Assembly: GCA_964350985.1 (NCBI GenBank)
Contig: CAYGLK010000002.1
Span: forward strand, 64,382-128,381
Origin: an uncultured Candidatus Saccharibacteria bacterium
GTDB taxonomy: Bacteria > Patescibacteriota > Minisyncoccia > Phycocordibacterales > UBA918
Length of the DNA stretch: 64,000 nucleotides
Reading direction: 5' to 3'
Position 1 is the first letter of the stretch, and every line of letters begins with the position of its first letter. Positions 46,302-55,877 of the stretch are shown here, one piece after another. A program made the translations under genes and the position numbers. Under the pieces are notes generated by a model that did not search any database, had not been told where the DNA came from, and saw nothing but the letters and a program-made list of their open reading frames with translations.

Positions 46302-48167
46302 ATGAAATTCGAATCGTCTTCTTTTGAAGCAGAACCTTCTTTTGTTGTAACACCTCCACCAATTGACGCCTTACTAAAAATAAGTAGAGAAGGTTCATAC
46401 CTACCACATGAGGTTATGGAGAACGACGAAAGAATCAAACAGGCTGAACTTAGACTAAAAATTCTCGATCTCCTGCAGTCAGTACTCATCACTAATGACG
46501 AGACTAAAACAGACACGTTACCTGATGAACTATACGCTTCACTTACAGAACTACTTCATTCGGACAACCAAAATAATCGGATAATTCTTTACCTCCCGTT
46601 TGAGTGGGTTCCTAAAATTAACCAATCAGACAACGTCTCTGAAAATATCAACCAACAAGCAGAAGCCTTTTTGTCAGCTTATAAAACTGCATGGCTTTCC
46701 CTACTCACCTCATCTGAATTTAGAGCTGATTATGCCGATGGTGATATTCTTGAACCAGCATTTAGAAACGAAAAATTACCTAAGGTGGTAAAAGCGGCAC
46801 ACCTTATACCAGACCTTCTTGAAAGAGGTGTTTTGACTATGGATGAAATTATCACTCTATTTGAAGAGGCTGAGAATACCACCTTGCAAAACAGCATTGC
46901 AGACGGACTTTACGTCGCTCGCGAAAGAAATCTCGTCACAGACGAGCAGCTTGCCAAAATGAAGTTTTCTCAAAACACTTTTGTTTCCAATACCGCCAGA
47001 CTCATTGAGATTGAAATAAAACAACTTACTGAAACAAATAATGAAACAACAGAGCTAGTTCAAATTATTTCAGCGTACGAAGGTGAAATCACAGAAACAC
47101 AAAAAATAGCAGAAAATACGCCGATGACAGAATCACGTCGGGCGTGGCTACAAGCAGCTGACGCCGAAAAAATTATAGAAAAATACGCCTCAAAAATCAC
47201 CAACCGGACTGATCTTGATGCCCTGCTTGTTAGTAAGGAATTAACTCATATCACCCTTGGAATTCGTTCAATCGAATATCTATTGCGCCAAGAAAGCGAC
47301 AGCAAGACACAAGAATCTTTGACTGTAGAGTATCAATCCGTACTTCAAAATTATCTTGACCATGACGTCGAATCAGTCCGCGAGGCAGCCAAAAAGACCC
47401 TCTACCATTTACGCTCACTAGGACTTATCAATGATGCTTCACTAAACTCACAGGGACTTGAGCTGCCACAACTAAATGCCTCATCAGAAACCATTCTAAA
47501 TAAATTGAGTTCGGAAATTCAGCAATTTACCGAAGCTTCAAATCGTATAAAAAATAACGAGATACTTTCTAAGCATGTATACCCAGTTACAGTCTTTCTT
47601 GGTTCACGAATGAAAGGATATGCGTCAGAAGCAGCAGACTTTGATGTCGCCGTGTTTGTGAAGCCAGGTGCCTCTGAAAGCGATCGTCAGATAATCCAAA
47701 AAGAACTTACCACAGTATTTGCTGGCACACCGGCAAAAGGGAGCGCTATGGAATTTTGGCTTGAAGAAAAAAGTGACGGTAACTATACAGTTAAAAACTA
47801 TGAGGTGCTCGATGAGAAGCGTGGAGACAACACCCTAGTTCATCCAATTCTCGGCGCCTGGTGTGGTGAAGAAAAAGCAATTGCTGAACTTCAATCAAGA
47901 CTCATGCCACAATACCTTTTCTCCAAAGACACCGCTATTATGAATGTCGACGCCCGGTCAATTTGGCTAAACGAAATTGAACATACAACATTGAAATACA
48001 GACTAATGCATAAGGGTTATTCACGATTTTCGGCATCACAACTAGGAACACCCACACCTCACAATGATCTCATAGATAGTTCAAGTGCCTTCTATGATCC
48101 TGGCTACCGCCGACTAGCAACCGAACTATTTCTCAAGAAAGTTTTTCTGCCTCAACTATCTAAGTAG
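46302..48167 (+). CDS. Large protein with C-terminal minimal nucleotidyltransferase (pol-beta-like) domain; unknown alpha-helical N-terminal region
   Basis: 621 aa; NTase signature GSRMKGYASEAADFDVAVFV (hG[GS]..D.D) around residues 435-455. Confidence 0.55.
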   Translation: MKFESSSFEAEPSFVVTPPPIDALLKISREGSYLPHEVMENDERIKQAELRLKILDLLQSVLITNDETKTDTLPDELYASLTELLHSDNQNNRIILYLPFEWVPKINQSDNVSENINQQAEAFLSAYKTAWLSLLTSSEFRADYADGDILEPAFRNEKLPKVVKAAHLIPDLLERGVLTMDEIITLFEEAENTTLQNSIADGLYVARERNLVTDEQLAKMKFSQNTFVSNTARLIEIEIKQLTETNNETTELVQIISAYEGEITETQKIAENTPMTESRRAWLQAADAEKIIEKYASKITNRTDLDALLVSKELTHITLGIRSIEYLLRQESDSKTQESLTVEYQSVLQNYLDHDVESVREAAKKTLYHLRSLGLINDASLNSQGLELPQLNASSETILNKLSSEIQQFTEASNRIKNNEILSKHVYPVTVFLGSRMKGYASEAADFDVAVFVKPGASESDRQIIQKELTTVFAGTPAKGSAMEFWLEEKSDGNYTVKNYEVLDEKRGDNTLVHPILGAWCGEEKAIAELQSRLMPQYLFSKDTAIMNVDARSIWLNEIEHTTLKYRLMHKGYSRFSASQLGTPTPHNDLIDSSSAFYDPGYRRLATELFLKKVFLPQLSK

Positions 48168-48171
48168 CATA

Positions 48172-48207
48172 TAAAAAAACAAGCGGCCCCGGGGGACCGC
48201 TTGTTGA
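48172..48207. terminator. Bidirectional terminator (aaaaaaa-caagcggcccc-ggg-ggaccgcttg-tt) between convergent genes
   Basis: GC-rich hairpin with an A-run on the left, which is a T-run for the minus-strand operon. Confidence 0.55.
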
Positions 48208-48226
48208 ACAAGAGCAAAAAGAACGT

Positions 48227-49432
48227 TTACAGCTGACCTTTGTCGCGGGAACCGATACCGCCGCCCCGTCCAGACACACCCGCGGTATCGAGTCGATCCC
48301 ACGGAATCATCGCACCGAGCTGATAGAGAGCCACGATGTACTGCAACTCAGCCTGCCCGGCGGTGACGTTCTGGAACTCGATGATGCCGAGCGCAAATTG
48401 CTTCAGGTTCCGCTCGAGTCGCGGATAGTCAGAAGACACCGCCACTCCCAGCGTGCGCAACATCTGCTCGCGATTGGCCGCGCCCACCTGAGCGGGGAGC
48501 GACGGGTTCTCGAGCACCTTGCGGATCTGCTGGGCGTCATACGCCAGCGCCATAGCGACCGGCATTCCGGTACCAGCGAACACGTAGTTGATGTCATTCA
48601 CAACACCATCAGCCGCATCACGCAGTACCTCAGCGGGAGGCGGTTGCATCATCCCCGGAGGAACGATCCCGCCAGCCCCGCCAGCCAAAGCACTCAGCAT
48701 GCCGACCATGGCGGCCGGATTGCTCATCCCCTGTTGCCAGGCGTCGACCCACTGCTTCAGCTGCTGCTGATACGAGTTCAGCGAGCCCCAGAGACGATTG
48801 TTGATTCGGCCCAAGAGCGCGGCCTTGCGCGCCTGGGTGGCGAAGCGACCGTCGACGCCGGGCATGGCCGCAAAAATCTCGGCGTAGCTCCGGCGGGTCA
48901 GAAGGGCCTGCAACTGGTAGTAGTCGTCACCGACAGGTTCTTGGAGCGATTCCGCCTGACGCTCCATCGCCAGACCGATCTTTTCGGGAAGGTCGAAGAG
49001 GCCAAGACGAGCCGCCAGAGCAGCGCTCACGGTACCGGTGACAGTCTCCTTGTTGAACCTGAGAACGCCACCAACCTTGAGAGCATTGAGCCAGGCTTCG
49101 TCCGAAGGGACGGCCGGCAAGACATCGAAGGTCGCCGCACTCATCGCCGGTACCGCGGTTTCGCTAGCGGCAGGTGCCGGAGCGATTTCACGGAGGCCAG
49201 CAATGGCCTTGGCCAACTTCGCCTTGGGAGCGCCGTCGCCCACCGCCGCACCGATATCGGTGTCGGGAGTGAACTCGCGATCCTTGAGGAGACTGATTGC
49301 TTCATCGCCCGGTTCACCGACCAAGCCCTTCAGCGCAGCGGTGATTTCCTCGACGCTCTTTCCGAGCGCAGTGGCAAACGGGGTGATGTAAGCGACCCAA
49401 CCTTCAGGAAGGGTGATGGTTGTATCATTCAT
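48227..49432 (-). CDS. GC-rich hypothetical protein (401 aa), last gene of the GC-rich operon; no recognisable motif
   Basis: Long ORF with high-GC codon bias; Ala/Gly/Gln-rich low-complexity stretches. Confidence 0.55.
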   Translation of the reverse strand: MNDTTITLPEGWVAYITPFATALGKSVEEITAALKGLVGEPGDEAISLLKDREFTPDTDIGAAVGDGAPKAKLAKAIAGLREIAPAPAASETAVPAMSAATFDVLPAVPSDEAWLNALKVGGVLRFNKETVTGTVSAALAARLGLFDLPEKIGLAMERQAESLQEPVGDDYYQLQALLTRRSYAEIFAAMPGVDGRFATQARKAALLGRINNRLWGSLNSYQQQLKQWVDAWQQGMSNPAAMVGMLSALAGGAGGIVPPGMMQPPPAEVLRDAADGVVNDINYVFAGTGMPVAMALAYDAQQIRKVLENPSLPAQVGAANREQMLRTLGVAVSSDYPRLERNLKQFALGIIEFQNVTAGQAELQYIVALYQLGAMIPWDRLDTAGVSGRGGGIGSRDKGQL

Positions 49433-49476
49433 GACTTCTCTCCACGTAGATGCGGGTTTTGCCCGCGGGTTGTATT

Positions 49477-50865
49477 TCAGAAAATTGCTTTGTCGAGTTC
49501 GGTGGGACCGAACGCGAGCATGCGTAGTGGAATGCCGAGGTTTTCGGCGACCAGCTCCTTGGCTAGTGCAATGGCACCATCCTTAGAGCCACCGGGAATC
49601 ATGTGGCGAGTAATGACCGGCTTTGCGCTCATGAGCGCTTTACCAAGTCCTTCCTGATACCACAGTTGTTTGTCGTCTTCTCCTCTTCTAACGATTATTT
49701 CACCTTCCTTGGTGAAATAGTTTTGATCGAGCTCACCTTCGTAACGCTGGCAAACATCCCAAGCGCCGAAACGCAAAGGGGTGTCAAACCAAGTCATTGC
49801 CACGGCGTCAAAAGTGCCGCTGCCTCCACTCACCTCCTTGGCGTAGCGGAGCGCAACAAAGTCTAGCGGGCCAACACGCACCTTACCACGATAGCGATCG
49901 GGCTTGCCGACCTCTTCGGGAAGTAGCGTTTCGGCCATCTTCGCATCGTCAACCACAAGCGGCCCGGCCCCGTGTCTGATTTGATACGAGCGTGTCACAC
50001 CGATTTTTGCGACGTCACCATCCCATCCGTTCTCGCGGAGCAGACTCCAAGAGGTTATCTCAGGGAGTGTCCGGAGGCGGGTGGTATGAGGATGAAAGCC
50101 GTTAAAGCGATCGGTGAGAATACCGTGTGAACTTTCAACCACAATCACTCCGTCGCGAGATAGAACCTCACGACGCAAATAGTCATGATCGACAATGCGC
50201 ACACTCCTCCCAAATTCTTCAAACACATCGCCGACCCAATCAAGGAATCCGTCAGTGCGAATGAGATCAATCTGCTTCTGCACCTCTTCAACGTCGCCTG
50301 CCAGATAGCCTGCTTCCAAGACAAGTGCCAGGTCGCAGAGCTTTTGTGCATGTGCTGCACGAAGCTTTTCTCTGATACCTGGTTGCTTGAGATCCCTTGC
50401 TCTAATCGCCAGTTCCGGAAAGAGTTCGGCGTCGAGGAATGCTTCCCCAACACCAACACCTACCGTCCCTTTTGGGTTTTCCTTGCGAGCAAGTTCCTTC
50501 AGTCGTGACGCTATGCCATGAAAAGGCGTCGTCACGAGGGCATTCTCATCGACAGCGATAATAGACAACGGGTCGTAAATTCCATGTTCGTAGCGGAGCT
50601 CCTTAGCCTCGTTGAGGAAGCCAAGGGGCGAAACCACAAACCGGTCAGTCACGAACGTGCGGGCACCATTGAAGGTGCCACACCCGAACTGACTGAAGGC
50701 AAACTGTTCACCACGGGAGGTTGTTACGCCGTGATGTCCTTGTGCTCCCCCAACCTTGATGACGGTATGGGGTTTTCGGAGTGAGCACAACTTGTGCACC
50801 ACACCCCCTTTCCCCCCGTCACCACCACCAAGGTCGGTGACAGTATAGGCTTTCTTTTCGACCAT
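49477..50865 (-). CDS. Divergent adenylosuccinate synthetase (PurA/PurZ family) homologue
   Basis: 462 aa; GGGDGGKGG aligns with the GDEGKGK P-loop, GGAQGHHG with GGHNAGH, VVSP with VLSP, GTVGVGVGEAF with GTTGRGIGPAY, VESSHGILTD with FEGAQGTLLD, RHGAGP with RVGAGP. Several substrate-contact positions are substituted. Confidence 0.6.
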   Translation of the reverse strand: MVEKKAYTVTDLGGGDGGKGGVVHKLCSLRKPHTVIKVGGAQGHHGVTTSRGEQFAFSQFGCGTFNGARTFVTDRFVVSPLGFLNEAKELRYEHGIYDPLSIIAVDENALVTTPFHGIASRLKELARKENPKGTVGVGVGEAFLDAELFPELAIRARDLKQPGIREKLRAAHAQKLCDLALVLEAGYLAGDVEEVQKQIDLIRTDGFLDWVGDVFEEFGRSVRIVDHDYLRREVLSRDGVIVVESSHGILTDRFNGFHPHTTRLRTLPEITSWSLLRENGWDGDVAKIGVTRSYQIRHGAGPLVVDDAKMAETLLPEEVGKPDRYRGKVRVGPLDFVALRYAKEVSGGSGTFDAVAMTWFDTPLRFGAWDVCQRYEGELDQNYFTKEGEIIVRRGEDDKQLWYQEGLGKALMSAKPVITRHMIPGGSKDGAIALAKELVAENLGIPLRMLAFGPTELDKAIF

Positions 50866-50931
50866 AAAACCTCCCAGTCATTGTGACCGCAAGTGTGCAG
50901 GACTCTCGTCCTGCACACCTTTACGGCAAGT

Positions 50932-52050
50932 TCAGAGCCACGTTCCGCCAGCGGCGGCTTCGGGCTCACTTCCTTCTTCAGCGACCGGCCACAGGTCGTG
51001 CTTGTTGGCAAACACCGCTCCCTTCCCGGGAATCTTGTCGAAATTGGGGAAGAGCGTCTGTGCGCCAAGCGGGATGTGCGCCACTGCGCGCTGAATTTCA
51101 CGCGCCACAGTTGCACTACACCCAGTTTCCGTGAGGAAACCCACGACCGACTGCAGGTCGAGTACACCTTCCGTCAGACCGATGATGGCCGCTTCGACGT
51201 AAGCGATGTGCTTGGTGGTATCAATCACCACCACGTGTTCATCCCCGTAGTACCGCCGCCAGTAGTTGACACTGTCACGGCCCACCATGATGGCAAACGC
51301 ATGAGCCCGCTTCTTGAGCACGCTCATGATCTCATCAGTTCCAGACGGAAAATCCCGCTGGTCCATCGGAAAGCCATTGTCCGAGCACCGCTCGAACACC
51401 GTCTCGCCGAACACCCGGATGAGATGCCGCTTGTCGACACGTCCATGACTCGTGGCGTCCGTCGTCATGAAGTGGTACGGCAGCAGACCGTAGCGGTTGA
51501 TGAAGGGGTCGGTGAGGAACGCTGCCCCGAAGAGACCGTATTCCGGATCTTCTGGCTCGTCGCCACCCTTGCCTTCAGCAATCATGAGCACGAGTTGCTC
51601 AGCGATACGGACATCCATCTCCGCCTGCGTTCGGGCGAGGACGAACTTGTCCTCCACGTCACCGAACATGGCATTCATGATCTGCACATCGTACCGTCCG
51701 AGGAGCGGGTTTGCACCCGCCGTCAGGAGGTCGTACTGCTTCGGCAGCGAGTCGAAGATCAGGCGAATGTTGCTGGCCATGGAACCCGTCGTATCGAACA
51801 AGTTCTCGACGAGCATCGGTACCCCGACGCCGAGCCGGAACTTGCCGTTCACGAGTTCATCATAGCGAGGCCACGACTTCCGTACCAGGTCATACCCAGC
51901 CGGATCGACGAGGGCATGAAGTGCCCCCGTCGCTTCGTAGTGTTGCCGACCTGCGTGTGAGGCATCGCCACCTGCGGCAGCGACCTTGGCGGATTCTCCG
52001 GCGTAGGCCGAACGATCAAAGTGACGAAAGCTCTTGTCTGCACGACTCAT
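50932..52050 (-). CDS. vWA-like (MIDAS-type) domain protein, tentative
   Basis: 372 aa; beta-strand MLVENLF followed by DTTGSM (compare DxSGSM); overlaps the upstream gene by 4 bp (ATGA). Confidence 0.4.
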   Translation of the reverse strand: MSRADKSFRHFDRSAYAGESAKVAAAGGDASHAGRQHYEATGALHALVDPAGYDLVRKSWPRYDELVNGKFRLGVGVPMLVENLFDTTGSMASNIRLIFDSLPKQYDLLTAGANPLLGRYDVQIMNAMFGDVEDKFVLARTQAEMDVRIAEQLVLMIAEGKGGDEPEDPEYGLFGAAFLTDPFINRYGLLPYHFMTTDATSHGRVDKRHLIRVFGETVFERCSDNGFPMDQRDFPSGTDEIMSVLKKRAHAFAIMVGRDSVNYWRRYYGDEHVVVIDTTKHIAYVEAAIIGLTEGVLDLQSVVGFLTETGCSATVAREIQRAVAHIPLGAQTLFPNFDKIPGKGAVFANKHDLWPVAEEGSEPEAAAGGTWL

Positions 52051-52889
52051 GGTCTATCTCCTGTGGAAAGTGCGAGTGTTGTAAACGGATGAAAATTCCG
52101 TCCCCAGAGTGACTCTACCGTGTGGTAGAAAGCGGAATGAGCCTCACGAGCATCGCAAAATGCTCCGCGCGTAAGACTCATCAGAACTGCCTCATAGGCA
52201 GAATCATAGTCGGGGTCATCTTTCGGAAGCGTCATTGTTGCCAAGTCGCCTCCAAGTAACCACCAAACATTTCGTGCAGCCAGAGCGACTTCTTCGCGCC
52301 GGCTTTTGGCATCGAACCCTCTTTTCGCTTGCGACCAATCAAGCAGAGTCACCAGATGGTGCTCTTTCTCAATCAGGGTCGTTTCGTGATCAGCGAGGCT
52401 GCCAAAACCGACATCGCAGCTATGGACGAAGTCAAGGAACTTGAGGGTCTTCCCCAAGATCCAAACACTGGTCTTCATATCGACCCTGGACCGATCACGT
52501 TCACGAATGAAAGAGATAGGAACAAGGTCGATCAAACGGTCAACTGCTTGGAACCCAAGAACAACGACCCGGCGGCTTCCTTGATCTGGTACAACAAACG
52601 TTTCGACCACCTGCGGAAAGCAGATGGTGTAATTCAGCCTGTTGTGTCCCGGGAATTTCCGCTGATACTCAGCTTCGAGCCCCGCCGCGGCCTCGGTCAA
52701 CTCGCCGAGAAGAAAAGCTTCGCGGTCGAGAATCCCATTTTGGGCGGTCGAGACACCAATCTTCAGCATCAATTCGGAGTCGGGAGATTCTGGATTTTGC
52801 ACCCGAAAGTAGCGAAATCTGTCATTCTCTCCGACCAGGTTTTGTACCTGGTACGTACCTTTACGGCCACAAACATGTATGGAGGACAT
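52047..52889 (-). CDS. Hypothetical protein with weak protein-kinase/APH-like fold signals, first gene of the GC-rich operon
   Basis: 280 aa; HSCDVGFGSL...LLDWSQA resembles the catalytic-loop and DFG/IDW regions of APH/CotS-type kinases. Low confidence. Confidence 0.35.
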   Translation of the reverse strand: MSSIHVCGRKGTYQVQNLVGENDRFRYFRVQNPESPDSELMLKIGVSTAQNGILDREAFLLGELTEAAAGLEAEYQRKFPGHNRLNYTICFPQVVETFVVPDQGSRRVVVLGFQAVDRLIDLVPISFIRERDRSRVDMKTSVWILGKTLKFLDFVHSCDVGFGSLADHETTLIEKEHHLVTLLDWSQAKRGFDAKSRREEVALAARNVWWLLGGDLATMTLPKDDPDYDSAYEAVLMSLTRGAFCDAREAHSAFYHTVESLWGRNFHPFTTLALSTGDRP

Positions 52890-53393
52890 TGTGTTACCTC
52901 TCTTTCTTCAGTTGGTTTCTGTTGATCAGCTGTATGTCAAATAGCTTTTCCAACCCTTGCAGGCTAGCCACAATTTGGAATACGCAATTCAAACACTAAT
53001 TTGATTATCTGTCAATAATTTATGGGTTAGATTCAATGTTGGATTACAACACTGGTTAACCCATTAAATACTGACAAATACCCTTCCAGCCCATCAACAG
53101 CCACCGTAGTAATTCGATTCCGAACTTCTTTAGTTGGTTTTTAATATCCAGAGAGTTGCTGTTATATTTATATTCTTTTGTCAAAGAACCGGACACGTAC
53201 CTAAGATGGAACTACTTCATCCGCTAACGGTTTCAAACCTTCTTAGGTACTTTGTGTGTATCTGACACTAAGATACACCTGTTATGTGTTAGTGTCAACG
53301 CTACACTAAATACGATACAATTATTAATTAGCGTCAAACCTACACACCTGACAGACAGCAAAAGAGCGGCCTTACGGCCGCTCTTCCCTCCTC

Positions 53394-54107
53394 TTAGATA
53401 ACGAGCGAAAGCTCAGTAAGTTTTTCTGACTGAAAACGATAGAGTGCTGCCGGGCGATTCTTTACTCCCTGTTGTACCTCGCCAGTTTCTACCACCATCC
53501 CTAGAGCAACGATCTTTTTTCGAAAGTTACGCTTATCAATCTCCTTGCCTAAGATTAGTTCGTAGACAGTCTGAAGTTCAGTTAGTGTAAATTCTTTCGA
53601 GAGTAAGAATTGAGCAATGTTCGTATAGGAAACCTTGCCTTTCAGACGATTGAGTGCGGCGGTAAACATCTTGGTGTGGTCATACGCCAGCTTTGGCAAC
53701 TCTCGGACCGGACACCAGCGCAGTCCTTTGTCTAACTGAAGCGCGTGGGCATCCGGCCTAACCAAGCCTAAATAGCTGACAGAAATAACGCGATTACGTT
53801 TATCGCGTTCAATTTCACTAAAAGTATAGAGCTGCTCAGTATAGGTTTTCTTAAGACTTGTCTTACTAGCGATATGACGCTCGAGAGCCATCTCCGCAGT
53901 TTCCTTGGCTTCAATCAAACCGCCGATAAAGGCTTCAACCTTCGTGTAGTGTGGCGGACGATTAACTTCACCAAGGAGCACCGAAAGCTTTCCATCCAGC
54001 ACCGCGAACATCACCACATCAACCGCCATGGCGGCAAACCTCATTTTATCTGGCGCCTTTTGTGACATATTAGTGTTAAATATACACTCACTGAGACTGC
54101 AGTTCAA
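53394..54107 (-). CDS. Nudix-hydrolase-like domain fused to a C-terminal winged-helix (NrtR-like regulator); the ATG start at 54068 is plausible
   Basis: 237 aa; degenerate Nudix box GGLIEAKETAEMALERHIASKT; C-terminal helix-turn-helix-like region; intermediate GC. Confidence 0.5.
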   Translation of the reverse strand: MNCSLSECIFNTNMSQKAPDKMRFAAMAVDVVMFAVLDGKLSVLLGEVNRPPHYTKVEAFIGGLIEAKETAEMALERHIASKTSLKKTYTEQLYTFSEIERDKRNRVISVSYLGLVRPDAHALQLDKGLRWCPVRELPKLAYDHTKMFTAALNRLKGKVSYTNIAQFLLSKEFTLTELQTVYELILGKEIDKRNFRKKIVALGMVVETGEVQQGVKNRPAALYRFQSEKLTELSLVI

Positions 54108-54402
54108 GTACCTTTATTTCATTATTTAAGTGGAAAAATTACACATTTAATTTTCAATTTTATGGCCCTGCCCCCTTTTCCTCAAAACACTTAGAGCAAT
54201 TGACCAGAAGAATATTTCTGATACATTTAAATTATGTTTAAACAACATACAACTAATAGTTGGTGGCCTACACGAAATTCTCATCGTGCGGGCTTTGTGT
54301 TGTAAAATTTTATACTCATTCTTTTGTATACAAAACCCGCTCTGTGAGCGGGTTTTGTTATGTAGCAAAACAGTTCTTTCACACCAACCCAAGGAGAGTC
54401 TC

Positions 54403-55182
54403 ATGATTACCAAACGTAACCGCACTGCCATCATGCAGTATGCGCAAAGCCACCAGGCCGAAGGCCGAGTAGAACAAGCTTTCCAGACATTGGAAAACAT
54501 TCTGCCACTGCTTGGTCCCCAGTCGCACAGTCGGGCTATGATTAATCGTCTCGGCACTGTCCTACTGCAGGAAAAGATTCGGATTATTGCCCCCTCTTGC
54601 CCTGACTACTCACATAGTCACGGCCAGTACAATTTCTGTACTGTCGGAGGTGCGATTCCGCTCTTGTCGCAGCTGCATATAAAGTTTCTCGAGACTATCG
54701 CGCCGGCAATCCCGCACATGGAGTGTGAGATTGTCGTCGCTGATCAAGAAGCTGATGATGCGGTCTTGTGCCGGAAAACTGGTCAGACCAGAGATGAATT
54801 TCTGGGAATGATTCACCAGTCTATCAAAGCAACCCGAGAACACCTCTTGGGTAAAGGCTGGATCGTCACGGCAATGACCGAACGGTTCCCCGAGCTGCGG
54901 TCTCTGGAACTGACGATGGCAGGAGAAATCACCAATAACAGTGACCTGCAAAGTCGCATTACCCATGACGCCCAGGCACGTTCTGTGATGTATCAAAAAC
55001 TTGGAGTTTCTGACTTCAGTGAGATGCGTCAAAGAACAATCCGGACAGCGTCACAGTACTGCGCCCTAGCGCACATTGCCGCTCGCGATCGATTGCTGGT
55101 CTGCAATCATGAGACGGTGAACCTTGGCTGGTACAACCAGTACGGAGCAGCGGTCCTGCACAATCCCGTATCGGTCTATTGA
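54403..55182 (+). CDS. Hypothetical protein (259 aa from the RBS-supported ATG), moderately GC-rich
   Basis: AAGGAGAG 6 nt upstream of the ATG at 54403; no recognised motif. Confidence 0.5.
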   Translation: MITKRNRTAIMQYAQSHQAEGRVEQAFQTLENILPLLGPQSHSRAMINRLGTVLLQEKIRIIAPSCPDYSHSHGQYNFCTVGGAIPLLSQLHIKFLETIAPAIPHMECEIVVADQEADDAVLCRKTGQTRDEFLGMIHQSIKATREHLLGKGWIVTAMTERFPELRSLELTMAGEITNNSDLQSRITHDAQARSVMYQKLGVSDFSEMRQRTIRTASQYCALAHIAARDRLLVCNHETVNLGWYNQYGAAVLHNPVSVY

Positions 55183-55246
55183 AGAAATTATGTGCGACTC
55201 TTCACTGGGTCGCACTTTTCTTTAAGCTATAATTAGTAAACTTTAT

Positions 55247-55801
55247 ATGACTATCCAAAAAATTCTAGACTACGATATTTATGCAGGAACCTCAGGCACT
55301 GCTCGCTACCTTCGTGTTTGTAGTCTTCTAAATCAAACAATAGATCCCGACACTCTTTACCCCGATACGCTAGATTGCTTCGGACAAAGTGTACTAACGT
55401 CACCCCGCAAACGAGCCCAAAACTGCATAAAGAAATCCTCAGCCAAATCAATCACGCCAAGCTTAGCCTTAAATGAAATTGCTTTTGAATTAAAAGAATT
55501 TTGTACCGAGGAAAATTTTCTTCAGCATGGTAGTACGGCGGTCAGAGCCGCTTTTGTTCAGGCATTTATCATGAACAGATTAGCGATACCCCACACCCAA
55601 CTACAAAGTGAATTAAAAGAAATCTTAGCTGTCACCCACCAGTCCGAAATCACTTTACGCATCTCACATACATTCCGCATTAAAATGATTGAGATCTATA
55701 GCATAATCGGCGACGAATTATTTAATAATCCCAGCCTTATCAAGGACTATCTGGACACAGAAAAACACCTCTTTGCCTTTGGAGAGAAGATTGAAGTATA
55801 G
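55247..55801 (+). CDS. Hypothetical protein (184 aa)
   Basis: ORF with an AT-rich upstream region; no motif recognised. Confidence 0.4.
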   Translation: MTIQKILDYDIYAGTSGTARYLRVCSLLNQTIDPDTLYPDTLDCFGQSVLTSPRKRAQNCIKKSSAKSITPSLALNEIAFELKEFCTEENFLQHGSTAVRAAFVQAFIMNRLAIPHTQLQSELKEILAVTHQSEITLRISHTFRIKMIEIYSIIGDELFNNPSLIKDYLDTEKHLFAFGEKIEV

Positions 55802-55877
55802 AGAGTCATACTACAGAATCTTCAGTTTTATTGTCTCTGTCTCTTTTAACTGTAGAGACGGGTTATAATTACTGAAT

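Noticed and set aside
48398-49657. 419-aa plus-strand ORF (also 50893-51960 at 355 aa, 50932-52050 antisense partners and 51497-52112 ORFs)
   Set aside because: These are antisense to the better-supported minus-strand GC-rich genes. Long antisense ORFs are expected in high-GC DNA. The minus-strand set has tight operonic spacing and recognisable PurA motifs.
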